NCBI RefSeq assembly: GCF_018350175.1
Contig: NC_058369.1
Coordinates: 14,200,001-14,264,000, forward strand
Length of the DNA stretch: 64,000 nucleotides
Direction of reading: 5' to 3'
Origin: Felis catus
Taxonomy: Eukaryota
Shown here: positions 36,297-50,286 of the stretch, one piece after another
Layout of the letters: every line of letters begins with the position of its first letter
Position numbering within the stretch: the stretch's first letter is position 1
Position numbers and translations under genes: made by a program
Notes under the pieces: generated by a model
The model's input: the letters and a program-made list of their open reading frames with translations, nothing else
Told to the model about the DNA's origin: nothing
Database searches by the model: none

Positions 36297-39200
36297 AGAT
36301 TGTTAGCTGAACAATGGAGGGATCTCTTCCATAGTGCCGTGGAGTATGGAGGCTGCATCCAGCTGCCTAAGAGAATGGGAGATGGGCAGACATCTGGGGA
36401 GGCTGTGGGGTCACTAAGGAAAGCAAAGGAGTTTTTAGAACAGCCTGGGATATATGATCTGCTGTCACTCTCAGACAGTCTGCTGGGGCCATGGTTCACA
36501 CTTAGGGTCTCTGGGCCCCAAGGCCACTATTTCTGAGTTTGTATCATTCAGTTCTGTGGCCTTGAGCTAGTGACGTCATCTCTCTCAGCCTTGAATGATC
36601 CTCTGTAAAATGGGGAGGGCGAAAATAAAGGCTCCTCTCCGGGGGTTCGAGCAGTTAGGCACATGGGAGGTACCCAACTGTCTTAGCTTCACTACCTCAG
36701 TTACCCTAGAAGGACTGACCTGTATTCCCCTGCCTGGGGACTTGAGGTCATTGCTCTTTGGGTGGCTTGGGCAGCCTGCCTGCCTTTTTTGAGCCTCACT
36801 TTCCCCATCTGTAGTATGGACATCGCTGTAGCTGCCCCCAAATGCCCACCGCAACCCCCAGGTGTCCTGGGGGTCCCCAGGCAGCTGTGCCCAGCAAATC
36901 CCAGCTCTCCTCTGCCTTTCTACTTGGGGGTCATGTTGTGGTCATCTGGCAGCTTGTGCAGCCCAGGCAGGGTCAGGTAGCTTCAAGACCCCTGGCGGGC
37001 TCCGGGCGCTGTGCCTGACCTCTCTAGACCACACATTGGGAACCCCTCGCCTCTCTTAGAACGCTCAGCCTGTCGCTTGTCATTCATCTCCCCTAGCTTG
37101 AGAAGGGCCTGAATTTGGTCCTTGATATTAACTCACGCCCTTTCCTAGAAGCCTCCTGGTTTCCATGGCTGATGCAAATAGCTGGGGCAGGGGTGGCATC
37201 GCCCTGGTCCTAACTCCCTATGTGGCCAGTTCTCCCCAACCATCGACTGGGAGGACCATGCCAGCTCAGGGAGGCTGACATGAACCTCAGACCCAATCAC
37301 CTCATTCTGACTCCCCCACTGGGGACTCACCAGACACGTACAAGGATCTTGCATCTGCTCCAGGAACTGCTGTCCTGACTTGACTTCTGGGTGGGCCACC
37401 CATGTGACCTTGGGGCAGTCTTCAGGCCCTGTGAGCCTCATGCCTCCTCATCTGTCTAATGGGAGGTGGGTGGTACCAGCCTATTTCTGGGGAAGCCTGA
37501 GGCACCATTCCTATAATTCCTGCCCCAGCTCTGCTCTCAATCTGCCCAAGGCTCCCCATTGCCATCCCCATAAAACCAACTGTTCTCCAGGCTCTGCCCA
37601 CCTCCCAACCTCATCTTCCCCATACTCCTTTTTAGTTGTCTTCCTAGCCACATCAGCCTCCCTACCTCTGGACCTTTGCACATGCTGTGCCTTGCATGGA
37701 GCACCTTTCCCCCAGCCCTCCTCATGGCCAGCTCCTTTCTGGCACTAGGTTCCAGCTCACATGTTGCCTCCACGGGGATATTGCTAGTTCCCCTTCCCTG
37801 GCACCCTCGTCCCATCACCTTGTGTGCTCTGTCTCTGAGCTGTAAGCTTGTCTGAGGTCACCTTGCTTATGTGCTTTCCTGTTTGTCTGCTCCCTTCTGT
37901 CCATGAGTTCCATGTAGGCAAGCTCCTATTTTCCTTCTTTTCTCCAACTTCCTGTAAATGTTTTTGAATATACACCTAAGTAATAAGGGGGTGATTTGGA
38001 GGGAAGGCCTCTGCCCCCACAGCTCCAGTGTTCTCCCCTGGGCCCCTGGCCAGCCTTCCTCCAGCTGCAGGCTTCTTTGGGGAGGCATGGCTCTAGCTTA
38101 TCAGCCCTTCACACCTTAGTCTGAGAAAATGGGCTTTGTCAGTGGGTGTGGCTCAGGGTCTGTTTGGACCCAGGGTGGGTAGGCGTATCACGGAGGTTGG
38201 GTTCCAGGCTCTGCTCTGCCACCTGAGGTGAACCTCAACGTCCTCTCCTGAAAACGGGTTAAGTGTGTTGCTACACAGGGCCACAGCTCCCAGCAAGGCA
38301 CACAGCCCCTCTCTAAGGAGTGCTTGCCATCCTTGTGGACTGACATTGAAACCAGGGCTGAGGAGGAAACTACTGCAAAGGAGGGGCCGGTATACTCAGG
38401 CAATGACCCTACTGCTGTGTGCTCGGTATAGCTGAGCTGTGGCCCAGCCTCTCTGAGCCTCTGGGAGGCTGAGTGAAACTGCCTTGAAACCAGTTGGGTT
38501 TGGCTGTCAACGCTGCTACATTCAGCAGGTGTCCCTCCAGCCAGAGGAGGACCCAGGGTCCTGAGTTATAAACACATCTTTGAGAGGCAAGGCCTATGAA
38601 CCCCATTTTCCAGATGAGAAATAGACTCCTTGGCATTTGAGGGGCCACAGTGGGATGAGAACCCAGCTTGGCCTGCCTCCACGCTCCTCCTCTTGCCAGC
38701 GTTGCTAACCTGACCTTGGGCAAATGGCTCTCTGGCCTCGGTTGATTAAGCCCTGTCACTATGCCCAGGCCTGGCTCACAGCCATCGTGTCAGATGATTC
38801 CTGGGATCCCCGCGAGGCAGAGGAGACTGGGGGGCAGAGAGACAGTGTCCTGCACAGAGGCAGCCAGGCTGACACGGAAGAGTTAGGATCCCAGGCACCC
38901 TGGCCAGGCACAGCTGAAGTGCCCATAGTGGGGGTGTCAGTTGCTAATGCCAAGGGGCATTACTGGCCATTGTTGGAAGGCAGAAGGGAGGTTGACCGGC
39001 GCCAGCATGCTGACAAGCAGACAGAAGCCAGAACCCAGGCATTGCCTTTGGCACCCTCTGGAGAGGCAGCCTAGTGCTGGGCTGCTGCCTGACCCTTGTC
39101 TCAGTTGGCACTGTACCTAGGGGTACCGTGGGACCTTCCAGGAGCTCGCTGCCTTCCTCCCAGGGCCTGACAGGTAGGTGCTGTGAGCAGGGACTCTTGT

Positions 39201-40949
39201 AGCATAAATATCTCCCTCTTTGGGTGGTAAACCCCACCCATAGTTGGTCTATGTCCACATTCCATGAAGCGCTATTTACAGAAAGGGAACAGGCCCCGAG
39301 AACAGTTTATCCATCACCAACACTCAGCAAGTCCTGGCTGTGGACCAATAAAGTTGTCAGTGTTTCACTTCCATTCATTTTGTTAGTGCTGCCATTAACC
39401 CTGGAGGTAGTTGGAGAAACTGAGGCAGAGAGTTTGAGTCACTTGCTGAAGGTCTGGTAGCCAGCAAGTAAAAAAGAGCAGGGACTCAAACCCAGCCTCA
39501 GGCCCTTCCAGCAAGGAATACCTGTAATGTGAGGATCAGTTTTCTCATCTGCAAAGTGGGTGCTGTCTCCCTCCTTGCCCCCCGCCCCCAACCATCTGGA
39601 AATCAGGTCACGAGATGGTGTTAGGGAAGCACCCCGCCCAGTAAGGACCTGATACCCATTAGGTGTTCAGCAGACCTCAGAGCCCTCCTCTTATCCAGAG
39701 AGCAGAATGGAGACCAGAGTCTGGAAGTTGCCGGAAAGCAAACCACAGCTGGGAGGTATGGAGAGAGGCCCAGGTGGGAATATCATGAATCAGATGGTGG
39801 CCTCAGGCTAGTGACATCCACAGTGTGAGCCTTGATGTTTTCCCCCTCCTCCATACTAGGAGGCCTTTGTGCTGTTGTGGATTAAGCACCTAGCAGGGGG
39901 CTTGCACAGCCCTGAAATGTGAACCCTTAGGAAGGCCATCCTCAGGTTTGCTCCCTCCCAGGATTCTTTGGCTATGAACTTGATCTCCACCAACTATACC
40001 CTGCACCTCGAGGAAATAAGAGCCAGTATCTGGGAACATTTATAACCCTCTCCACCCTGGCCCTGGAGATTAAGGGAGTGCACTTAGTGAGTCAGGAAAC
40101 TGGGTGGGCTTGGGCGAAGTGCCAGTGACACAATGGAGCACTGGATGGCAGGTGTCTTCTCTAACTGCTGGCGTCTATCTGCAGAGAATCCCATGAACCG
40201 CACCTCACAGAGAAGCTGAGGCCCATAGGCCAGACAGACCTGCTGAGGGTCAAATGCTTTCACCAGAATAAGACAAAGGCTGGGATAGAAGTTCTCACAG
40301 GGAAGCCACCCAAAAAAGGAAAGATTAAGGTATGGCAATCATTGTCCCCTGAGGAAACATCCACAAGCACCTTGACCAAGGTTGTGTGGTGGGCGTGTAG
40401 CTGGACATAGATTCGACCCAGACCGCTCAGGCCTCTGGTGGTTCTTCTCTGACACTGCCTTACCCCACTTGCAAAGAGCAGGTTGCTCTAAATTCACCCC
40501 CCAGATTTAGCCACTTGAAGCGCCGTGGGCATGGAGCTTGACCTCTCTGCCAATGGTGGCTTTGACCTCCTAGGATCAGGATTAGTTTTCAGTTAATTCA
40601 CAAAAGGCTTATCCGGGAGAAGGCCTAATGGGGATATCATGAACTCAGAGAAGTCAAACACTTCCAGAAAACCACAAAGCTCGTAGGTAGGATTCCACCT
40701 GTTTCCACATCTTCACAACAACCTGGAGCTGCAGAGGACAAGCCCGAGTGACCTCAGAGAATCTGCCCTCTCCGTGTCTTTAGCAGAGAAATAACGGAGA
40801 GTGAAAGAATGGAGAATTATCCCAGGAATCTTTCAGCCGCGATGGCCCATGTTCACAGCCAGAGTTGGAGGTCTTGCTTCCGTGCTGTGTGGTCAGAAGG
40901 ACAGCCTCTTTGACATAGCCTCAGGGGACCCTGCATGGGGCATCCAAGG

Positions 40950-41445
40950 CCATCTACGGCAGTCGCCCTCCGGGCCAAACTCTGCACCTTGCACACGCCA
41001 GCCGGCTCGGAGGTGCACCGCCCACTGCCCCTGCGACCGGCCTTTGGGCCTGCCTGTCTTCGGCTTTGTAGCCAATCCTCATCGCCCTCCAGGCTACGCC
41101 CTCCGTTCTTCTCGAGCCGGCCGCGCCAGCCACTTCTCTTGCCCCCCAGGGATTGGTCGTCAGGGCTGCTCGTCTTCCGCCAGAGTTCCAATCTTCGCCT
41201 ACCTCCAGGCCCTCACCTCCCGGCACCTCGCACCCTGAGAGACCACCTCTGGGACCAAAAACCTCACCCAATAGCCCGCCTTTGCCCCTCAGTGATTGGC
41301 TCTAGGGGCTGCCTGTCTATTTCATGCTAACCAATCCCTGTCTTTCCGAACGCTGATTGGCCAACGCGCAGCCAATCGGAGCGTGGCGTGGACCCCTCCC
41401 GCGGCGCGCGCTGAGGGTGCGCGAGGCGGGGCCGTGGTGGCCGGA

Positions 41446-41479
<34 letters not shown>

Positions 41480-41660
41480 GTGAAGGCGACGCGTCCCAGA
41501 CGGTAAGGGGGAGCAGGGGGCGCGGGGTGGCGCAAGCGTCGGAGGGTCCGCTCCCCTTGGGCCGAGCGAGGGCGAGGCACGGTCCTGTCATGTATCCTGG
41601 GGCGGGGGCGGACGAGGCAGGGCGTGACAGCAGCGTCAAAGGGGCAGGGAGAGGTTAAAC
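40950..41660 (+). promoter_or_regulatory. SLC25A42: CpG-island promoter of SLC25A42 with a CCAAT-box cluster
   Basis: CpG-rich, eight CCAAT/ATTGG pentamers 41072-41376, GC boxes, followed by a strong splice donor. Confidence 0.82.
41400..41502 (+). other. SLC25A42: SLC25A42 non-coding exon 1 (5' end approximate) containing (GGC)10
   Basis: Donor ACG|gtaagg at 41502/41503; the only CpG island between ARMC6 and the SLC25A42 start codon. Confidence 0.75.
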
Positions 41661-44600
41661 CCCCCCATCCCTGCACCCCGCATCCGGTGCTCCCTGGGGA
41701 CCCTCCCAGCCGAATCTGAACCTTCACGGTCAGTCCGCGCACACCTGACACCACGTCCCTTCTTGTTGACAACCCCCCCCCCCATACACCTGATACTGCC
41801 CACTTCTCTGACATTCCCCACACCTCTAGAGCCATGCCCCCAGGAGCTCTGCACAGTTGAGGCTTCACACCCACAGGCATCTGAGTCTGTACCCCCACTG
41901 ATACTCTCTCACACACACCTGACATTGCACACCCCCACATCACCTAAGATCGTCCCTCTCAGTGACATCTCCACACCCAGATCCATGCACCCCCACCTCT
42001 GCAACAGGGCCTACATCCCCTACTATACCCATGCCTGAGCCTGTGATGCTAAACTCTGGCCCCGCACTCACACCTGGTCCGGGTCATATCCCCTCACTAA
42101 TTTTGCTCACATCCAGGTCTGTGCCCTTCTCACTTGCCCCCTCCCTTCAGCAACTCGGGTCAGGGTCCTCAGGTACTCTCCCCCTACCCCTGCATCTGCC
42201 CTGTGCCTTTACAGTTCCTCTCTCCATCACACACCCTCAGTCTGTGTGCCCACCCGTACCTTCTTACAGGTGCACCCATGTTTGTGCCCCTCTCTGTAAT
42301 CCTTGAACCCTTCCCCCACCCAAAAGAAAAGCCCACCCAGATGTTATATTTTCATTTATGAGAGTCTATAAAGTAACCTCTAGGCTTAGAATAATCCCTT
42401 TGGCTGGACGAAATTACAATTATCTCCATTTTACCAACAACAAACCTAAAGGGACTTCAGTTGGGGAGGCAGAGCCCATCCCTCCCTGAGCATTGCTGAC
42501 TCTTCTCTGTAGACCTTCCCTGTTTTTGCCCATCTGTTGTGCTTATCTCTGAGGGGTTGGCAGGGGAAGGGACCCCTACCTTCCCTGCAGCTGTTCCTCA
42601 GGAGTCATGACTTTGAGTCCAGAAAGACTGAGCTGGAAGGGGTGGCCCCTGATTGTTGCTGTAGCACGTGTCTCCGAGTCCTGGGGCTCGGTGGGGGTGG
42701 GGACCTTGCAGGAGTGGGACTTCAACACCTGGGGTGCCACCAGAGGCTAGGTCACCTGGGAGGGAGCCGCTGGCCTCCCGCCTCTGGCTCCGGCTCTTGC
42801 AGACTGAAGCCCCTCACTGACCCTCAAGACCTCCTTGGGCCCCTAAAGTTGATAAACCTGGAGAGTAAGGAAACACTCTTCAGAGTGGGGCGAGCTAATG
42901 TTACAGCCACTTAGAGCCAAACTGTAAAACTGGAGCCTGGTGTGGTGCTGGGACTAATGATTTTTCTGGAACTTTTCAAGTTCCCTGGAGTGTAACTTGC
43001 AAGTGTGCAGCGTAGAAGGAACGGGTGGCTCTGTTGTTGAAAAGTAGTAGTGTGGTGTGGTTTCCTGTAAGGTTTGCATCGTGCCTCTTACCCCCCTTTG
43101 GTCTCTCCCTGCAAAGATGGTGCCAGAATATTCTGGAGGGTCACCTTCAGCTTCTCCTGGAGAAACTGAAGCCATTGGGGTTTTCTGTCCAAATTCAAAA
43201 GGAGTCATTTAAAACGTGTGTGTTTATGTATGTGTACGTATATGCTTATAAGTAGATATACACATGTATGTACATCACACTCATATATGCATAGACACAC
43301 ATTTTATAAATACAGATGTATACACCTTTCTTATATATACATACGCAAATCTATAAAATTTGACAAGGTAATTGATGTACGTGGTAAAAAAAAAAAAAAA
43401 AAAAAAAAGTCCAAAAGGGCATCCAGTGAAAATTAAGCACGTCTCCCCTTATCTGCACTCTGCCCTTCTAGAGGCATCCATTGTTAATTGCCCTGTTTCC
43501 TTCCAGAGATAGTCTATGGCGTGGGGGAAAGATGTATATCCCCCACCTCTTCTAAACCCCTGATACATTTGCATGAGCTTTTTATCAAATGGGTGTGCCA
43601 GTGTAATAGCCAGTCCCTCGCTGATGACTGTTCAGGTTGTCACTCGTAGCTTCTCTTGCAAACTGAGCTTCAATGAATAGATGGAACCATGCATGAGCAA
43701 ATATGGAATGAATGTGTGTGGGGCTCCAGCACAGACCCTTCGAAACCTCCCTGTCTTCCTGGAACTCCCATGCCAAAGGGCATGTCCGTTTAAATGGTTA
43801 ATGTTCCTCCAGAGAGGCTGTGCTGCCATCAGTTGTCTCTCGGCTGTGAAGGTGGAATTCTTGTTTTCTCTCCCAGCATCCAGAATAGATATTATCCAGT
43901 GTTTTGGTCTCTCCAGTCTGATAGGTAAAGCACAGCCTACGAGATCCTTTTGAACACTTCTGTGCTTTCTGTCCATCTCCTTGGCGTTCTAGCCTGGTGG
44001 TGATTAAACATTATACTTGTGTTTCTCTTCCACAGTTAGACTAACGTTCAGTCCAAGAACTATTTGAATCCCTATTCTGTGGAGCTCTGGAGGAAACCTT
44101 GGGTGTGTGTGTGGGGGGGGGGGTCCCTGCAAGACAGAGACATGGGTATTGGCCACAGTCCTGGGAGGGGAGGTCTTAAGATGTCTAACATTTTTTTTAA
44201 GAGGTGTAAAAGTTTTTTTCCCACTCGGATCCAGCAAAATCACTTGGGTGTCAGATGAAGTTGAGATAAGTCAGATGTAAATCTTTTGGGGAAGCTGTCT
44301 TGAGATTCTCTCGAGTCGTCGGCTGTTGCCCACTCTTGGTGCCAGGTGGAGAGCACCTTTTGACTGAGGCCAGGCCTTTTCGCACCTGTCATCCTGTTTT
44401 TTTGTGCTTCTGTTTTGGCAACTAGACAATACAGGAATACTGAAATGGTCAGAACTTTCAGCTTGGTTAGGTTTTGCAAACCAGCTCTTTTTAAAAGCAC
44501 ATATATTCTTTATTTTTATTGTGAAACACTTAATAAAAAGTATATGATGTGCACATGAAAAGAAAGTATAAAGGATAACGAAGCTGATACTTAGTTGAAG

Positions 44601-44869
44601 AAGTAGAACATTGCCTCCGGCGGCCCTTCCTTCATCACTGCACTATTTTTAAAATATGCTTGTCAACGTGTGTTTTCTTCACTGAGTACCTTTTGCTGCA
44701 GCTGAATGCTTGGATTCTAGGGTCTTAACAAAGATCAGCAGAAGCCAAGTTTTCTATCAAAGCTGTGTCAACAGGATGACCTGAGAGGTCCACGGAGGGA
44801 AGCAGTGACCTCAGGTTCGTGGGCAGGTCACCAGCCAGTACCAGGAACTTTGATCTTAGAAGACTCCTG

Positions 44870-45931
44870 TCTTGTTAGTGTCCTGGGCCTGCTGTGACAA
44901 ATTACCACAAGCTGGGTGGCTTAAGACAAGAGAAAGTTATTCTGTCATAGTTGTGGAGAGCAGAAGGCCAAAATCAAGGTGTTGGCAGATGCTGTAGATG
45001 GAATGCATCTGTCTCCCTAAAATTCATATTTTTACTTTTTTTTAATGTTTATTTATTTTTGAGCGCGAGTTGGGGAACGGCAGAGAGAGAGGGAGACACA
45101 GAATCCAAGGCAGGCTCCAGGCTCTGAGCTGGCAGCACAGAACCTGATGCGGGGCTAGAATTCACGAGCTGCAGGATCATGACCCGAGCCGAAGTCGGAC
45201 GCTTAACCAACTTTGCCACCCAGGCACCCTAAAATTCATATTTTGAAACCTAATCCACAACGTGATGGCATTAGGAGGTGGGGCCTTAAGGAGGTGAGTA
45301 GGTCATGAGGGTGGAGGCCTCATGAATGGGATTAATGCCCTTGTAAAAGAGGCCCTGCCCCTTCTGTTTTATGAGGCACAGCAATACATTAGCTATCTGT
45401 GAACCCGGAAAAGTGCTGTCACCAGACACTCAGTCTGCTGGCACCTTGATTCTTGAACTTTCCAGCCTCCAGAACTGTGAGAAATACATTTCTGTTGTCC
45501 ATAACCCACCCAGTTTATGGTCTTCTGTTACCAGCCCAAACAGACTGAGACAGCAGGTCGGTTTCTACTGAGGGATCTAAGGGAGAATCTTACCAGGCCT
45601 CTCTCCTGGCTGTGGTAGTTGTTGACAATCTTTGGGGTTTCGGCTTGGAGCCACATCATCCCAATCTCTGCCTCCATCTCCACACAGCCTTCTTCCCTGC
45701 GTGTGTGTCTTCTTCTTTTTTTTTTTTTAATGTTTATTTATTTTTAGAGGGGGGAGAGAGAGAGAGCGGGAGTGGAGGAGGGACAGAGAGAGAAGGAGAC
45801 ACAGAATCCGAAGCAGGCTCTAGGCTCTGAGCTGTCAGCACAGAGCCCGACGCGGGGCTCGAACTCACGGACCGCGAGATCATGACTTGAGCCAAAGTCA
45901 GGTGCTCAACTGATTGAGCCACCCAGGCACC

Positions 45932-45982
<51 letters not shown>

Positions 45983-46145
45983 TTCCTACAAGGACACCCA
46001 TCATTGGATTTAGGACCCACCATAAATTCAGTACGATCTCAGTGTCCTTAACTGATTTCACCTGCAGAGACCCTATTTCCAAATAGAGTCACCTTCTGAG
46101 GTTCTGGTGGGACATGAACTTTAGGGGACACCATTTAATCCCTGT
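44870..46145. mobile_element. Nested MaLR (MLT1-like) LTRs in opposite orientation, with Can-SINEs at ~45034-45229 and ~45716-45933 and (GT)n ~45934-45980
   Basis: Outer LTR acaaattaccacaagctgggtggcttaa...; inner TG...CA element 44990-45552. Confidence 0.8.
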
Positions 46146-49100
46146 AGCTGCAAAGCCAGAATTTCTGTCAGGATGTCATGCAAAGAAATGCTTGTCTAGT
46201 GGCGTCTGCCGCTTCAGGCAGAAGGGGGCGGGTAGGGTTGGAGCACACGGCCGCTCACTCACCTGCCTCCCTACTGGAAGGTGGAGGCATCTGCCCAGAG
46301 CTAGCAAGGACCTGGGCAAGTAAACATGTATTTGCTAGCCATTGGCGCATGCTTACAGGACTGTGAGCTTGGTCCTAGATCATCTCAGTTTATAGAGGGG
46401 TCATCAAGACTTAGGGGCCTTTGCCCCACCTGCAGGGAGAACAGAAGGGGAGCCAAGATGAACCTAGGTCAGCCCAAATCCAGACCCCTGTCCTTTAAGC
46501 AGTCACGTGGCATGCATGCTTTCTGCCGCTGTTAGACACTGATGTCTGTGAGCTGTACCGAAACACCGCAGGCAGTCTGCCTCCAGGAATGGAACAAACT
46601 TGAAGCCTGACCACCCCGTTGTTTTACAGTCTGTAAAAATCTATGCACCGGGGACAGGGACAGGTGCAGAGGAAGCAGAAGTACTGGGGCTCTGAAGGGT
46701 AGGGGACACAGATATGGATCCCCAAGTGGTTGGGGCTCTGTAGTTGATCAATTCTAGCAGAGGACTGAGGTGCTAACTCAGGGAGGGGAAGGTTCTCGAA
46801 GATCTGAAAGCCAGCAAGGAGTCAGCCAGATGGCGAAGCGTTGTCAGCAAAGGGAACAAGTGAGCCTGGATGTTGTGGGACCCAAGGCATGGAATTTGAG
46901 AGAGGATTGAGGGACCTGGTCCATGGAGCCGGTGACAGGCACAAGAGGGGACTTAACCTTGAGGCCACTTGAGGCAAGGCATCGCCAGCATACCTTAGCG
47001 GAGAGCCTCTAGCAGCCTGTGCTTTCCCACCCGTGAGATGAGGCCACCTTGTGAGTAGTTGCAAGCCTTCCCTGATCAAATGTGCCAGTGAAGGGCTCCC
47101 AAAAGACGTCAGTGCTGTTCTGTCCGCAGGTCGCATGCCTTTGCCATGGGATGAGTTGAAAAAGCGAGTATGTATGTTTCAGTTAAGTCTTAATTAGCCA
47201 CGCAGACCCAAGCCCCACCCAGGCTGCGGTATTTGTCCCGGCCCTGTCTAAGGGGTAGGCTCCCAGACCTCACTGTGGCAGCTGTGACTTAATATGCCCG
47301 AGGAGGAGCTCAGGAATCCTGCACAAGTGTCCTGGAGGTTCTGGGACAGGTGTTCCTGGAAACACCTGGTGTAGCAGCTCAGAGCTGGAGGAAGATGCTA
47401 GACCCTGCCTCTCCCCTGTGGTGGTGGGCAGGTCCCCGCAGCCAGAAGAGGGGAGGGAGCTTGGCTTACAGCACAAAGGGGAGACAGGACCCCTTACTGG
47501 CCAGGCCTTAGCCAGTGGCTAGTCTAGCCTTGGGCTGGCAAGGCGATGTATAAGAGCCAGGCCTTGAAGAAGGGACAGGTTTGGGGGCTGTGAACAGCCC
47601 CTTTGGCCTGGAGCACACCGATCAGAGCCAAGTGTCGGCCAGCCCTGAACGTGAGAGTCAGAGACTGCCCCACCTGTTGTGCCGGACAGCGGCACTGGCG
47701 TGGTAGTGTTTGGCGGGGAGCACGTGCTTCCTAAACCACCTGGTGGGCAGTGGGGCGCCACTTTCCAACTTCTGTTTAACTCTTTGGGGAGATGAACCTG
47801 GAAAAAGCGGGGAGCGGCGCTGGAGACCAGGGACCAATGCTCAACTCTTTTAGAGACCCTGGCATGGGGAATGCAGGCTGAATGGTGAGATCCAGGAACT
47901 GGTGAGGCCTGCTCAGTAGGGCCCTTAGTAGGGCGGTGATGGGCTCCATCCCAGGTCCATCTGACTCCTTATTAGGCAGAATGATACTTACCAATACTTA
48001 ACCAGTACCCATGACCCACTTGAGCAGCAGGACCCTGGAAAGATGGTGATGGATGGAAACTGAGCCCTGAGGAGGTTTAGTAACACGTCCAAGGTCACAC
48101 GCTGGACCCCATCTTCCCAAAACACCAGCATGGTGTAACTGGGAGCCTGTACACGTTCCTACTTAGGGAATGAGGCGGACAGTGATAGAAAAGGTACATT
48201 TCTGCTGCCACATGAAGGATGTCTGAAGGGCAGGAAGATGGACAGAAAAACCACCTGTGTGTAGGTATATGCTTCTGACTTCTTGCTAAGCATGGACACT
48301 GAGCGCAGCCCAGGCCATTGCCTTCCACAGACACCCCCCACCCCAAGCCTAGCAGAGGAAGCTAATGGAAAGTGACCCCTCCTGGTGCAGCAGGGAACCA
48401 CGGGGTGCTCAGTGTAGGGCAGAGCAGCTAAGTTTTGGGAGGTGAGGCTGGGACATTTAGGGAGGGCTTTGAAGGGTGCAGAGGAGTTTGCTAGGCATGG
48501 GGTGGGGAGAGTGCAGCCAAAGCAGAACTTGGTGTGTCTTGAAAGTTAATTGCCTTATCTGGCAAATAACTGAGTGGATACAAGCACTGTGCTAGGCTCC
48601 ACATGGCGAGTGAGAAAACAAGACTTTTGGGGTGAGGGCTTTACACAAGTGCACCCTCTTATTAGAGGGACCCGAGTACCACCGCGTGCCTCGGTTTGTT
48701 GTAGATCACTACGGTGCAGTTGGTGACAGGTGTTGGCAACACTTTCTTGCAAGGGCCGAGGACAGTGATTGACAATAGGATGTTCTGTATCTTTTAGGAC
48801 TTGGATGCCTGAGTGCCTGACCCATAGAGACTGCAACACAAGGTTGTGGTGACCAGTTTGTCTGAAAGGCACGAATAGAAGGGAATGCAGCAGGGAGAGA
48901 CGGGCAGCAGCTGGTGGGGTCTGGGTTAACAGGGAACAGCCATTATGTAAGATGCTACCGCTCTCTTAGGCAGAAGTTAATGCCCATTAACTGGAAAAGA
49001 AAACAGCCTTTATCAACAGGCAGATAGGATGTTAATTGGCTTCCGTTTACTGAGAGATTACAGGATCTGTCCACGACTGCTTGTAAACTCCATCAGCCGA

Positions 49101-50286
49101 GAACCCCCCCCCCTCGCTTTATGTAAACATTTCCTTGGCCCCATGGGGTGGTGCACACAAGCGCTCATGAACATGAATGGTGGCCTTGGTCAGGGAGCTT
49201 CTGAGGGAATTGGGCACAAATGTGTGTGTGCAGGTGCGTGTATTAGGAGCGTGTATTAGGACGGATGCACACGTGGAGAGGCTGCTGCGTGGGGCTCATA
49301 GCCTGGGCTACCTAAGATCCCAAAGCACCTGGTTCACATTTCCTAGACAGTGCTGTTCAGTATGTTATATTGCTGAATTGCCTCCCGACCCTGCTTTGCT
49401 TTGTTTTTTGATGAGTGGAACAGAAATATGGTACAAAAAATGAATTTTTGTTGATTGGGGCTGGTCTGTGAATGCTGCCTGCCCATGGCATGTGGGGGGT
49501 GAGCCCCATCTCACTCCACTTTTAGCAGAGACTCTGGCACCTGAATCCCAGGCCGTGGGTACCTGTTAGAGGTACGCCCAGAGAACGTACTGAGGCTGGG
49601 CGCACCGGGGCCGCAGGATGCCATTGTCCATGGTTGGAAATGCAGCACGGGCCCGGAAGAGTATAAGGGAAATACACAGATCAGGGCTCTAGAAGGCTGT
49701 GCAAGGGACAGAGACCCATCCCAAACTGGCTGAACTAGAAAGGGAGCTTTGTGGGCTCCAGGGTGAAAAAGTCTAAGTGCTTCTAGCACCTGCCAGGTTC
49801 TTTGTCAGCTCCCAAGTTCTGCTAGAACCATTGGGCCCCAGGGCATCCCGAGTCATGAAGACATATGTCCACCTCCCTCCCTGGCCTTGGCTCTGTCAGC
49901 TCCCCTTGGGGCCTACCTGTTTCCCCTCCTGAGAGAAAGAGGACTTCTCCGGCCCAGTGGTTCCCTCAGAAATCCCAGTCTTTGGGTCTGGTGCTCCAAA
50001 CTGAGGGTCACCCTAGAATCAAGGGGAGGGTCAGCCCCGCCTTTCTCCCAGGTGACAGAGACAGAGTGGGTGTCTACCCAGTGTGCTGTCTCCAGAAGGG
50101 GGGCAGACATCCCTTGTACATGTGGCCTTCCTTCTAGGAGCTTAGGCATCTCCTCGGACTTTTAGTCATTGCCAAAATCATGAGCAGGCGTTCTCCACAG
50201 GTGAGGGGAAAGGTGAGCATCAGTGAGCAATGCAGATCACCCCTGCTGCCATCGGAGTCCCCTCGGAGTTAAGAACACAGTACCCA

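Noticed and set aside
40801..41943. ORFs over the SLC25A42 CpG island with poly-G or poly-P runs
   Set aside because: As unspliced ORFs they cross the promoter and the 41503 donor; only the spliced leader frames are kept as a finding
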